Assembly (NCBI GenBank): GCA_963775125.1
Contig: CAVZHQ010000001.1
Location: 3,227-67,226 of the forward strand
Source: an uncultured Acidimicrobiales bacterium
Lineage (GTDB): Bacteria > Actinomycetota > Acidimicrobiia > Acidimicrobiales > SZUA-35
Direction of reading: 5' to 3'
Length of the DNA stretch: 64,000 nucleotides
The notes beneath the pieces are model-generated. The model had not been told where the DNA came from, did no database searches, and saw only the letters and a program-made list of their open reading frames with translations. Of the stretch, positions 19,708-30,312 are shown piece by piece (positions within the stretch are counted from its first letter, which is position 1; each line of letters begins with the position of its first letter). The translations under genes and the position numbers were made by a program.

Positions 19708-21279
19708 TCAGTGGGGCGAGTGGCGTTGTTCATCGGCCGGATACCGGATGCCGATGACGACAGCCGTCACGAGCGTCAGTGCGACTGCGGCCAGGAACGC
19801 AACCTGCATGCCGTCGAGGAACGCAGCTTGGGCCGCGGGGACCAGATCAGGGAGGCTGGCTCCTTCGGCGACTCGAAGTGCTCCGCCGACCCCTTCGTTT
19901 GCGACCTCTCGCGCCTCTTCTGGGAGCGTATCGAGGACCGGTCCGAGGCTCGATCGGTACGTCGACGCCAAGAGGGTGCCCATGATGGCGATGCCCAGCG
20001 CGCCGCCGACTTCGCGGGTTGTGTCATTCCACGCCGACCCGACACCAGCCTTGTTCGGTGGCAGCGACGAGACGATGGCTTCGGAGGACGGCGGCATGAT
20101 GATGGCCATCCCGGAGGCAAGCAGCACCATGCCGGCCGCGGCGAGGAGGTAGGGGGTCTCCCGATCGAGTTGGGACAGCAGCCCGAAACCGGCCGCCTGG
20201 ATCAGGAGCCCGAGCGCTACAGCTTTGCGGGTCCCGAGTTTGGTGACCAGCACCGGTGCTCGCGGTGACACGAGGATCATGGTGATCGGGAACGGCAGGT
20301 TGCGGAGCCCGGCTTCGAGCGGGCTCACACCCAGCACGAACTGGAAATACTGGATGATGAGGAAGAACATGCCGAACATGACGGCGAAGCCTGACGCGAT
20401 CGTGAGACTGCCGAGCGCGAAGCGGGGCAGCTTGAACAGGCTGGGGTCGAGCATGGGGTTGGTGGTGCGGGACTCCCAGACCAGCCAGGCGGCGAGAAGA
20501 ACGACCGCCGCGGCGAACGCGCCGAGCGTGGTGGGCTCGGTCCAACCGGCGTCGCCGCCTTCGATGATGGCGTAGACGAGGGTGACGAGTCCGGCGATCG
20601 ACAGGACCGAACCGATCGGGTCGAGGGGCGTGGCCTCGTCATCGCGTGACGACGGGACTCGAAGGGCGATCATGGCCATGGCCGCAAGCGCCAGGGGCAC
20701 GTTGATGAAGAAGACCGATGCCCACGAGAACCATTGGAGTAAGACGCCGGCGCCGATCGTGCCGATGGCGCCGCCCGCTCCGGCGAAGCCGGCCCACATG
20801 GCGATCGCCTTGCCCCGTTCGTGGGGTGGGAACACCGACACGATGATGGACAGCGTGGCCGGCATCACGAAGGCGGCGCCGACTCCCATCGACGCCCGAG
20901 CGGCGATCAGCTGGACGGCGGTGTCGGCCTGAGAGGACCAGAGGGCGCCCGCTGTGACGATGCCGAGCCCGATGAGCAACGCACCCTTGCGGCCGTAGCG
21001 GTCGCCGAGCGCGCCCGCAGGCAGGAGGAGGCCGGCGAACACCAAGGCATAGGAGTCGACGATCCAGAGCAGCTCGGTGGAGGAGGGCTGGAGGTCGCTG
21101 ATGATCGGCGGGATGGCAATGTTCAGCGAGCTGACACCGGCGACCACCAGAACCAGACAGCTGCACATGATTCCGAGGATCTGCCAACGCCGCGGATGGG
21201 CTTCGCCCGGTTGGTGGTCGGCCTCGCTGATGGTCGGCTCATCGAGCGTTCGTGGATCGACGTCGGGGTTTGAGGTCAC
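19708..21279 (-). CDS. DHA2-type MFS transporter
   Basis: Many TM segments; GALGDRYGRK, WASVFFINVP. Confidence 0.93.
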   Translation of the reverse strand: MTSNPDVDPRTLDEPTISEADHQPGEAHPRRWQILGIMCSCLVLVVAGVSSLNIAIPPIISDLQPSSTELLWIVDSYALVFAGLLLPAGALGDRYGRKGALLIGLGIVTAGALWSSQADTAVQLIAARASMGVGAAFVMPATLSIIVSVFPPHERGKAIAMWAGFAGAGGAIGTIGAGVLLQWFSWASVFFINVPLALAAMAMIALRVPSSRDDEATPLDPIGSVLSIAGLVTLVYAIIEGGDAGWTEPTTLGAFAAAVVLLAAWLVWESRTTNPMLDPSLFKLPRFALGSLTIASGFAVMFGMFFLIIQYFQFVLGVSPLEAGLRNLPFPITMILVSPRAPVLVTKLGTRKAVALGLLIQAAGFGLLSQLDRETPYLLAAAGMVLLASGMAIIMPPSSEAIVSSLPPNKAGVGSAWNDTTREVGGALGIAIMGTLLASTYRSSLGPVLDTLPEEAREVANEGVGGALRVAEGASLPDLVPAAQAAFLDGMQVAFLAAVALTLVTAVVIGIRYPADEQRHSPH

Positions 21280-21309
21280 CCGGTCACGCTAGGAGCACCG
21301 GAGGCAGGT

Positions 21310-21468
21310 TCAGCCCCGAAGGATCTTGCGTAACCAACCCGGAACAGCGTCGGCGCCGCACTGGCATCGGTCGGCTTTCGGGACGTCGCCCAGCACCTGC
21401 TCGACGTGGGCGCCACACCCCGCCCAGCTCGGCTTCTTGCACTTCTTGCACGTGGTTCTGCGACACAT
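21310..21468 (-). CDS. 52-aa Cys-rich microprotein (putative metal-binding)
   Basis: MCRRTTCKKCKKPSWAGCGAHVEQVLGDVPKADRCQCGADAVPGWLRKILRG; GGAGA RBS at 21471-21475; below the ORF-track cutoff. Confidence 0.8.
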   Translation of the reverse strand: MCRRTTCKKCKKPSWAGCGAHVEQVLGDVPKADRCQCGADAVPGWLRKILRG

Positions 21469-21548
21469 GGTCTCCAGCTTACCCCAAGAAGTCCGAATGT
21501 CCGTACAATTTCAGGGTCGCAGACGTGGCTGCTGAACACGCCATCTCC

Positions 21549-21658
21549 GTTCTGCAGTACTCCGACCGACGAAACGCCGGTGCCTGTACTGCAGAACGCC
21601 AAGCCCTCGGTTCTGCAGTATCCCGACCGACGAAACGCCGGTGCCTGTACTGCAGAAC
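21549..21658. repeat. Two tandem 49-bp palindromic REP-like units
   Basis: GTTCTGCAGTA...TACTGCAGAAC at 21549-21597 and 21610-21658, near-identical loops. Confidence 0.9.
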
Positions 21659-21691
21659 GATGGGGTGGCGGGGTGCGGTGGCAGCGCCGAG

Positions 21692-22804
21692 TCAGGCGAG
21701 GAGGGCGCTGCCGGCGGTGATGAGGGGGTAGAGGTTCTGGGCGCCGACCGATTCGGCGAAGCGGCCGACTTTGCCGCTCCATTCCCCGGGGTGGGCCCAT
21801 TCCGAACGCCACGACCACAGCCGTCGGGACAAGTGGTGGAGGGCGTACTCCTGGGTCATGCCCATGGCGCCGTGGGCCTGGTGGCACTGGCGGGTGGCGG
21901 TGCTGGCGCACTCATTGGCCAATGACCGGGCCGCGGCGATCTCGAAGCGGGCGTCGCCCCGTGCTGCCTGCCGGGCCGCAAGTTGGGCGGCCATCTTGGT
22001 GATGGCCGCATCCTGGGCGGTCCACACGAGGTGCTGTTGCACCGCTTGGAAACGGCCGATCGGCTTCCCGAACTGCTGGCGAACCTCGCAGTACTCGACC
22101 GTGAGGTTCAGCATGGCCTCGAGCGCGCCGGCCATCAGCATCACTCGACTGAGGGCGCCCCGGTTCCGCAGGGCATCGACCGACACGTCGGGTCCGGCGT
22201 CGGCGACGGCATCGGCCGGGATGCCGGCCGAGGCAAAGGTGACGGTCTCGCGCGGTTCGCCCGCCATGTTGGTGAGCAGATCGGTGGTGTACGCCGAATT
22301 GGGTACGGCGATGACCTTGCCCGAGGCTTCGTCGAACAGCGCGAGGACGTCCGACCGAGCGGCCCACGGCACTCGGTGGAGGGAACCGTCGAGCGTGGCG
22401 GTGCCGTCGGGGTTGACCGTGATCTTCAGCGAATCGTCGGGCCGACCGGGGGCCACGGTGACGGGGCCGTCGGGGAGCGGCAGCCCGGCGCAGGCCAGAA
22501 GCCATCCGCCGATGATGCCGGTCTCGGCCAGGGGAATAGGAGCCGAATGGGCACCGGCGATGCGCAAGACTTCACAGGCGTCGGCGAGGGTACCGCCCGA
22601 TCCGCCGGCCGATTCGGGCACGCCGATCCAGGCGAAGCCCGCTTCGGCGACGGCGTTCCAGACCGTTGGTGCCCATCGTTCGGCCTCGGCGGCCTGGACG
22701 GTGTCGAAGTCGGACACGTTGCGAAACAGCTTGGTGGCGGCGTCGCTCAGGAGTTCATCGACGCTGACGTCGGGTTCGCTGATGGGCGTGACATGGGTTG
22801 TCAT
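21692..22804 (-). CDS. Acyl-CoA dehydrogenase (probable second subunit of a heteromeric pair)
   Basis: RQQFGKPIGRFQAVQ, HQAHGAMGMTQEY; start MTTHVTP overlaps upstream stop. Confidence 0.92.
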   Translation of the reverse strand: MTTHVTPISEPDVSVDELLSDAATKLFRNVSDFDTVQAAEAERWAPTVWNAVAEAGFAWIGVPESAGGSGGTLADACEVLRIAGAHSAPIPLAETGIIGGWLLACAGLPLPDGPVTVAPGRPDDSLKITVNPDGTATLDGSLHRVPWAARSDVLALFDEASGKVIAVPNSAYTTDLLTNMAGEPRETVTFASAGIPADAVADAGPDVSVDALRNRGALSRVMLMAGALEAMLNLTVEYCEVRQQFGKPIGRFQAVQQHLVWTAQDAAITKMAAQLAARQAARGDARFEIAAARSLANECASTATRQCHQAHGAMGMTQEYALHHLSRRLWSWRSEWAHPGEWSGKVGRFAESVGAQNLYPLITAGSALLA

Positions 22805-23944
22805 GAGTGGAGTCCCTTCGAGGCGACGGAGCGGAGAATCTCGATCGTGCCGCCGCGGATGGTGAACGAGGGGCCGGTGAGCGTTGCAGCGGTGAACATT
22901 CGCTCGAACATCGACGCCGATTCGGGTGACGGTTCCAGGTCGACCAGTTCGATCAGCTTGAGCAGCGTGTCCTGTTCGAACCGGGTGCCCATTTCCTTGA
23001 CCAGCGCCGACTCGACGGAAGGCGCAGCGCCCTGATCGATCATGCGGGCAACGGTCAGCGAAAGATTCCGCAGACCCCAGTAGCGAGCGACCGTTGCGCC
23101 CAGCATCTCGGCCGCTCGATCGCCCATCGGGCTCCCGGCATGAGAAGCGAGGAACTGCTCGACCACGCCGAAGGTCGACAACCAACGGTCGGGGCCGCCG
23201 CGCTCGTAGGCGAGCTCGCTGGTGTTCTGCACCCAGCCCATGCCGACGTCGCCGAGCACGTTCTCGTCGGGGACGAAGACGTCGGTCATGACCACCTCGT
23301 TGAAGCCGGGGGCTCCGTCGAGGAACGGAATGCCGTTGATCTGCAAACCCTCGGTCGCCAGATCGATGAGCATCTGGCTCAAACCCTGGTGCTTGTTGCC
23401 GTCTTCCATGGGGGCGGTTCGACAGAGGCAGATGAAGTAGTCGTTCTCGTGGGCGCTGGATGTCCAGATCTTGGTGCCGTTGAGGATCCAGCCACCGTCG
23501 GTGCGTGACGCCCGCAGCGAGACCGACGCCAGGTCGCTTCCGCTGTCGGGTTCGCTCATCCCGATCGAGAATCCGATTTCGCCGCGAGCGATGACGGGGA
23601 GGAAGCGTTCACGTTGTTCTTCGGTGCCGAATTTGTTGATGACCGAGCCGGTCTGGCGGTCGGCCACCCAGTGGTAGCCGATCGGCGCACCCGAGCGCGA
23701 GCAGCTCCTCGACGACGATGAAGCGATCGACGGCCGAACGGTCGTGTCCGCCGTACCGTTTGGGGAGGGCCATGCCGACCCAGCCCTTGGCCGCCAGCTT
23801 CTTGGAGAACTCCTTGTCATGGTCGGCGCCCATGCCAAGGGCCGGTTCGTAGCTGCCGCGGGGCATCTCGGCGGCCAGGAAATCTCGTACCTCGGCCTGG
23901 AGCTCGAGCTCGGCCGGTGTGAGTTCGGTAGGTGTGAATCGCAC
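22801..23944 (-). CDS. Acyl-CoA dehydrogenase (one frameshift near 23690)
   Basis: GMSEPDSGSDLAS, LNGTKIWTS, FNEV, TIRGGTIEILR; N-terminus in ORF 23609-24073. Confidence 0.92.
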
Positions 23945-24018
23945 CGCCCGAGTCTCGCGGCGCCAGCGCCACCCGTCCACTCGGCTCCGCCGACGCGTTC
24001 GGCTCGGTTCGACCCGGC

Positions 24019-24125
24019 ATTCTGCAAGCTCCAGCCACCCGAGCCCCGTTCTGCAAGCCCGAGACCCCACCACAGGGGGCTGGGGTCTTGCAGAACGAAG
24101 GTGGGTGGGGTCGGTCTTGCAGAAT
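24019..24125. repeat. Nested double palindrome, TTCTGCAAG family
   Basis: Arms at 24019, 24048 and reverse complements at 24087, 24116 (29-bp spacing). Confidence 0.88.
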
Positions 24126-24158
24126 CGGCTGGTGGTCGGGGGCCGGGCTTGGGCTCGG

Positions 24159-24908
24159 CTAGGGGTGGACGCCGCCGTCGACGGTGAAGGCTTGGCCGGT
24201 GCAGTAGCTGGACTCGTCGCCGGCGAGGAACAGGACCATGTTGGCGATGTCGATCGACTGGCCCACGCGTTGGAGCGGGATGTTGCGCTCGGCCTTGGCT
24301 CGAACCTCGGCGTCGCGGAAGGGGCGAAGGTCCTCGGTCATGGGGGTCTCGATCAGGCCAGGGTGCACCGAGTTCACCCGGATGCCGTGCTTGCCCCATT
24401 CCTTGGCCGCGGCCTTGGTCATGCCCGTCACCGCGAACTTCGTGCCGGAATAGGCCCCGTGGTTCGCGACCCCTTCCAGCCCGGCCACCGAGCTGATGTT
24501 GACGATCGAGCACGGCTTGCCGGCCGAGATCATCGCGTTGGCCACTGTTCGCATGCCGAGGAAGGTGCCGGTCTGATTGATGGAGACCACCCGCTCGAAC
24601 TCCTCGAGGCTGGTGGCAGCCAACTTCTTCACCAGATCGATGCCGGCGTTGTTCACCAACACGTCGAGTCGTCCGTGTTCGGCCATGACCTCGCCGACCA
24701 CGGCCTCCCATTCGGATTCGCTGCGCACGTCGAGGTGGCGGTAGGTGGCGCCCTCGATCTCGGCCGCCGTCCGCTCGCCCTGTTCGTCGAGGACGTCGGT
24801 GAGAATGACTGTTGCGCCGTGCGCGGTGAACAGGCGTCCCTCCTCTGCGCCCTGACCCCGGGCACCCCCGGTGATCAACGCAACCTTGCCTTCGAGTCGT
24901 CCTGCCAT
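24159..24908 (-). CDS. SDR oxidoreductase (3-alpha,20-beta-HSD-like)
   Basis: TGGARGQG, NNAG, YSGTK, IRVNSVHPG. Confidence 0.93.
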   Translation of the reverse strand: MAGRLEGKVALITGGARGQGAEEGRLFTAHGATVILTDVLDEQGERTAAEIEGATYRHLDVRSESEWEAVVGEVMAEHGRLDVLVNNAGIDLVKKLAATSLEEFERVVSINQTGTFLGMRTVANAMISAGKPCSIVNISSVAGLEGVANHGAYSGTKFAVTGMTKAAAKEWGKHGIRVNSVHPGLIETPMTEDLRPFRDAEVRAKAERNIPLQRVGQSIDIANMVLFLAGDESSYCTGQAFTVDGGVHP

Positions 24909-25003
24909 GTGCATCCCTTTCGTTCGAACGGGTCGATCCTTGTCGGTTGCCGGTGCCAACTCAAATGGTGATGGTGGTTGTCGATCAGCGGTAGCGTCCG
25001 GCC

Positions 25004-25817
25004 ATGGCTGCCAACGAATCGACCATCACCGACTGGGCCCAGGCCCTCGTCCACCAGATCGTGGCTCACGAGCCGTTCGATTCCCCCTGGTCCGAGCTCT
25101 CGATCGACGACGCCTACGAGGTGCAGGACGAGGTGCGGCGGCTGCTCGAACCCCACCGCGGCCCGCTCGGCGGATACAAGATTGCCGCGGGTGCCAAACC
25201 GTTGCAGGAGATGCTCGGCATCGACCGCCCCCTCGGCGGCCAGATCCACGCCGGGCAACTTCGAGTGTCGTCGCCCGGGCGCGCCGGCCATCATCTCGGC
25301 TGCCGACTTCGTTGGGGTGGCCCTCGAGTGCGAGGTGCTGGTGCGCATGGCGGCCGACGTCCCTGCGTCGCCGACGCCGTATACGAGGGAGACGATTGCT
25401 CCGTTCGTCGGCGAGCTGATCGTGTCGTTCGAGGTGCTCGACACCCGGGCCGCCGCCATCCCCGCGCTCGGCGCAGCCGGTCTGGTGGCCGACCGGTGTG
25501 GGTGCGAGGGTGCGATCCTGGGCACGGTCACCTCGGGGCTCGACGGTGTCGACGTCGATGGCCTCGGCGAGCTTGCGGTCGAACTCGAATGGAACGGAGA
25601 GATCGTCGATCGAGGAGTCACCGGCAACGCCATGGGTCACCCCTTCGAGGGGTTGGCGTGGGTGGCGAACCACGTCGCCGAGCGTGGCGGCCAGTTGAAG
25701 GCCGGCGAGGTCGTGCTCACCGGCGCCGCCTTCCCACCCAAGCCCGCTGCGGTCGGCGACAACGTGACCTACCGGATCGCCGGCCTGGGCGAGGTGTCGG
25801 CCAGAGTCGTCGACTGA
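25004..25817 (+). CDS. 2-keto-4-pentenoate hydratase / FAH family (frameshift near 25270)
   Basis: DDAYEVQ...GYKIA; ECEV, GHPFEGLAWVAN, LKAGEVVLTG. Confidence 0.88.
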
Positions 25818-25842
25818 GCCCGCTCGATTCGGCTGGGTCGGG

Positions 25843-27216
25843 TCAGGGCCGTTCGAAGGGGCGACGAGGGACGCAGATCGCTCGACCGGGTTCGGCCAGC
25901 ACCCGTGATCCTTCGGCCACGATCTCGCCCCGGCTGAGGGTGTGCGTCGGCCAGCCGGTCACCGACCAGCCGTCGTAGGGGGAGTAGTCGGCGTTGGAGT
26001 GCATGGTCGAGCCGTCGATCACACGCGTCTCGTTCGGATCCCAGATGACCAGGTCGGCGTCGGAGCCGGGTGCGATGCAACCCTTCTGGGGATACATGCC
26101 GAACAGCTTGGCCGCATTGGTGCTGGTCATTTCGACGAAGCGGGCCACCGAGATGCGCCCGGTGGCGACCCCGAGCGACCACAACATCGGCATCAGTGTC
26201 TCGAGCTCGGCCATGCCCTGGCGGAGTTCCGACGGGCCGAGCGACGGGTCGAGCTTCTTCTCGAGGCTCCAGGGCGCGTGATCCGTGCACACCGTGGCCA
26301 CCGAACCGTCGTTGATGCCGGCCCAGATGGCCTCGCGGTCGGCGTCCTCGCGAAGCGGGGGAGCGCCCGCGTACTTCGCACCGTCGGGCTCGTTGAACCG
26401 ATCGCGGTTGAGATAGAGGTAGATCGGGCGGGTCTCGACGTAGAGCGGCAGGTTGCGGGCGCGACCACGGCGGCAGGCATCGAGCGCAGCCTGACTCGAC
26501 AAGTGGACGACATAGGTGGGAGCGCCCGAGATCTCGCAGAACCCGATGGCCCGCTCGGTGGCGATGCGTTCGGCCTCGACGGGCCGAGTCTCGGGATAGT
26601 GGCGATGTTCGGTGAGCCCCTGCTCGGCCAGCATCTCGCCACAACAGCCCATGATGGCGGCATCTTCGCAGTGGATGGCGACCACGACGCCGGCGGCGGC
26701 CGCTACCCGCATGGCCTTGAGGAAGCGGTCGACGTTGCGGTCGAACCGCTTGAACGACAGGAAGATCTTGATACTCGGATGCCCCGACTCGGCGGCTTCG
26801 ACGATCTGCGCCAATCCGACCTCGTCGGGTTCGAGCAATACGGGGTGCATGAAGTAGTCGGCGAGGCTGTTGGCCTTGGCGTCGGCCAGATCTCGTTCGA
26901 GCCCGTCGAGCATCTGCTCACCCCGGCGGTGGAACGACATGTTGCCGACCGTGGTCACTCCTCCGGCGAGTGCCGCCCGAGTGCCGGTGGTGAAGTCGTC
27001 GGCCCAGCTGTGGTCGCCGGGCCCGCTGTAGGGGTCGGTGAGGTGGACGTGGGCATCCACCCCGCCCGGCAGGACGAACCGGTCGGTGGCGTCGAGTTCG
27101 GTCGTGCCGCTGAGCGTTCCGCCCAGCTGCACGATCCGACCTCCATCGATGCCCACGTCGGTCACGACCACCCCGTGGGCGGTTGCGACCTTGCCTCCCC
27201 TGATGACGAGCTCCAT
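25843..27216 (-). CDS. Dihydropyrimidinase/hydantoinase-family amidohydrolase
   Basis: PGGVDAHVH, GGVTT, HCED, TDHAPW, GSDADLVIWDP. Confidence 0.9.
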   Translation of the reverse strand: MELVIRGGKVATAHGVVVTDVGIDGGRIVQLGGTLSGTTELDATDRFVLPGGVDAHVHLTDPYSGPGDHSWADDFTTGTRAALAGGVTTVGNMSFHRRGEQMLDGLERDLADAKANSLADYFMHPVLLEPDEVGLAQIVEAAESGHPSIKIFLSFKRFDRNVDRFLKAMRVAAAAGVVVAIHCEDAAIMGCCGEMLAEQGLTEHRHYPETRPVEAERIATERAIGFCEISGAPTYVVHLSSQAALDACRRGRARNLPLYVETRPIYLYLNRDRFNEPDGAKYAGAPPLREDADREAIWAGINDGSVATVCTDHAPWSLEKKLDPSLGPSELRQGMAELETLMPMLWSLGVATGRISVARFVEMTSTNAAKLFGMYPQKGCIAPGSDADLVIWDPNETRVIDGSTMHSNADYSPYDGWSVTGWPTHTLSRGEIVAEGSRVLAEPGRAICVPRRPFERP

Positions 27217-27227
27217 GCCCGCAGACG

Positions 27228-29586
27228 TTAGACCAGCGCCAGCGCCAGGACCTGCTCGGCGGTTTCGACCAGGTGCACGGTGAGTTCGGCCAGCACGTCC
27301 TCGGGCACGTCGTCGAGATCGACGCCGTTGGCCTTGGGGATGAGGACCTCTTTCACCCCTGCGTGATGGGCAGCGAGAAGTTTCTGCTTGACCCCGCCGA
27401 TGGGCAGGACCCGTCCGTGCAGGGTCATCTCGCCGGTCATCGCCACCGACGGCCGTGCCGGGACGCCCGACAGGACACTGGTCAGTGCGGTGACCAGGGT
27501 GACGCCGGCCGAGGGCCCGTCCTTGGGGACGGCGCCGGCGGGGAAGTGGATGTGGAGGTGATGTCCGGTCGGCACGGTGAGGCCCCGCCCGGCGACCACC
27601 GACTCGGCAATCTTCACCGACTCCTTCATGACGTCGCCCAACTGTCCGGTGATGGTGGGTTCACCCTCGCCGGGAACGACGGCGGCTTCGACGAAGAGCA
27701 CATCACCCCCGCTGCCCGTCACGGCCAGACCGGCGACGATGCCGGGACGATCGATCCGCTCCGGCCACCAGCTCTCGTGGACGCGCCGGCCCGAGCAACG
27801 CGTGAAGGTCCGAGACGTCGATCGGCTTCGGTGCCCGTTCGGCGGCGGGCTCGACCGCAAGTTGGGCCGCCACCTTTCGGAGTGCCTTGTCGATCAGGCG
27901 CTCCAAGCGGCGCACGCCCAGTCCGGTGGCATAGCCACTGCTGATGGTCGGCCAGGGCCTCGTCGGTGAAGGACACGTCGTCGCCGTCGAGGCCGTTTCG
28001 TTCGAGCAGTTTGGGCAACAGGTGGTCCCGGGCGATCGTGACCTTCTCCCGCTCGGTGTACCCGTCGAGGGTGATGACCTCGAGGCGGTCGAGCAGCGGG
28101 CCGGGAATGGTCTCGAGGGTGTTGGCCGTTGCGATGAAGATGACCTCGGACAGGTCCAGCTCGAACTCGAGGTAGTGATCTCGGAACGTCTGGTTCTGCG
28201 CCGGGTCGAGCACTTCGAGCAGCGCTGCCGTGGGATCGCCCTGCCAACCCGAGCTGATCTTGTCGATCTCGTCGAGGAGGATCACCGGGTTCCGGGTCGC
28301 CTGCTTCCTGCAGCGCTCGCACGATGCGACCTGGCCGGGCGCCGACGTAGGTTCGGCGATGGCCTCGGATCTCCGCCTCATCGCGGATGCCGCCGAGGGC
28401 GACCCGGACGAACGATCGACCGAGCGCTCGCAGCGACCGATTCGCCGAGCGAGGTCTTACCGACGCCGGGAGGACCGACCAGGGCCAGCAACACGCCGGC
28501 CCGTTTGTCGGCGGTGAGGCCCCGCTCGTGGCGGAGTTTGCGAACGGCCAGGAACTCGATCAGGCGGTCCTTCACGTCGACGATGCCGGTGTGATCCCGG
28601 TCGAGGGTTGCCCTGGCGTCGGTGAGATCCAAGTTGTCCTCGGTCCGCTCGTTCCAGGGAAGCCCGAGGGTGACGTCGAGCCAGGTGCGGACCCAGCTGG
28701 CCTCCATGGACTCTTCGCTCGTCCGTTCGAGTCGCTCGATCTCCTCGAGGATCGCGGCCCGCGTCTTGTCGGGCACGTCGAGGGACTCGAGCCGCGCCCG
28801 ATAGTCGGTAGCCGCACCCGACGAGTCGTCGCCGAGCTCCTTGCGAATGGCCGCCAGCTGGCGGCGAAGGATGTGCTTACGCTGGGTGTCGTCGAGGTTG
28901 CTCGTGACCTCGGACGCAATCTGTTCGCGGACGTCGATCTCGGCCAAGGCCTCGCGTAGCCAGTCGATGCCGAGCGCCAAGCGGTCCGCGACCGCCGGCG
29001 TCTCGAGAATCTTCAGCCGCTGTTCGAAGCTGAGCTCTGGCCAGTAGGCGATGGAGTCGGCCAATGCCGACGGCGAGGTGAGTTCCCGCAGGATCATCGC
29101 CATCCGACGGCCACCGACCCGGGTGAGGAGCGTCTCGGCCAAGGCCCGATACGTGCGGGTCCGGTCGGCGACCTCCGGCGCGTCGAGCTGTTCATCGACG
29201 GCGTGCGCCTCGATGAGCAGGGTTTCGATCGGCAGGGTCTCGCCGTCGGGCTCGGCCTGTCGTGCTGCGACCGCTGCTCCCAGGCGAACTCGGTGTTGGG
29301 CCCGCAGGGTCAGGGTGTCGTCATGACGGTTCTCGATGGTGGCCAGGACGCCGATGCTGGCGCCCTGGGGAGCCAGGATCAGTTGATCGTTGCCGCCGTT
29401 CGACGGATGCGCAGCCTTGGACGCGGCCCGGGCCTCCGGGGTGCTGACGGTGACGGTGATGACCATGTCGGGCAGCACGATGCCATCGGTGAGACTGATC
29501 AGCGGATAGGCGGTGAGGCTGGTCGCCCCGAGGCCGTGGCTCGAAACGTCGTCCTGCGGGCGGGGGTCGGTCTGATTGGGGTTCAC
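27228..29586 (-). CDS. lon: Lon protease (several frameshifts)
   Basis: [40 protein letters not shown] across ORFs 28378-29622, 27719-28381, 27703-27915, 27228-27860. Confidence 0.95.
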
Positions 29587-29705
29587 GAGCTTCCCTTCGG
29601 AAATTACATGATTACGCAACAACTGCGTATGCTGTGCAGCACCACAACCGGCCGACGGTCCCGGGTATTCCCGGGGGTACGTCGTTCTGATGAAGGAGAC
29701 CGATC

Positions 29706-30260
29706 ATGGCGCCGCGTCAACCGAGTAACCGTCAGCCAGGTAGTCCTCGAACCAGCGCTTGCGACACCGCCGAGTGCGCCGCTTGGTTCGCCGGCCGTTT
29801 ACCCGACGACTGGTACGTCGGGCCGCTGGAAGTCCTTGCCGACAAGGACGAGATCGTGGTCATCGGACCGCTCGCCAGTCCCGGCAATGCCCCCGAAGGG
29901 CACGAGCAACAGGCGGCCCTGGCCCGCATCACCGCCTTCCGAGAGGAGACCCGGGCCCAGCGAATGGCGGTGGCCGAAGCCGCGCAGCAACAGTGGCAGC
30001 GTTCGGTCAGTTGGGCGGTTCGTTGCGGGGAGCTCGAGGCCCGCTTCACCACCCAGGCCGTTCCGGTGATGACCCGGCTTCGCATGGAGGAACGCCAGAT
30101 TCTCGACACGCTCATCGACGCGGGCGTGGTTCGTTCGAGGTCCGAGGCGTTGGCCTGGTGCGTCGGCCAGGTCGGGTTGCATCAACAGGAATGGATCGGC
30201 CGACTACGCGAAGCCATGTCCGAGGTCGAGCGGGTGCGGTCCGAAGGACCAACCGGCTGA
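29706..30260 (+). CDS. Conserved actinobacterial hypothetical protein divergent from lon
   Basis: AAGGAG RBS; WFAGRLPDDW, PVMTRLR...LDTLIDAGVVRSRSEALAWCV (ribbon-helix-helix-like pattern). Confidence 0.8.
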   Translation: MAPRQPSNRQPGSPRTSACDTAECAAWFAGRLPDDWYVGPLEVLADKDEIVVIGPLASPGNAPEGHEQQAALARITAFREETRAQRMAVAEAAQQQWQRSVSWAVRCGELEARFTTQAVPVMTRLRMEERQILDTLIDAGVVRSRSEALAWCVGQVGLHQQEWIGRLREAMSEVERVRSEGPTG

Positions 30261-30312
30261 ACCACGCCCCTGGATAGACCCGCCAGGCTCGGTCCCGCTA
30301 CCTTCGGCCACC

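Noticed and set aside
21549-21658. Possible mini CRISPR array
   Set aside because: Only two 49-bp units with a 12-bp gap, no unique spacers and no cas genes; fits REP-like hairpins.
27228-29586. Programmed frameshifting or pseudogenisation in lon, men and cob genes
   Set aside because: Indels are scattered through many conserved genes with intact motifs and no evident slippery sites; sequencing error is simpler.
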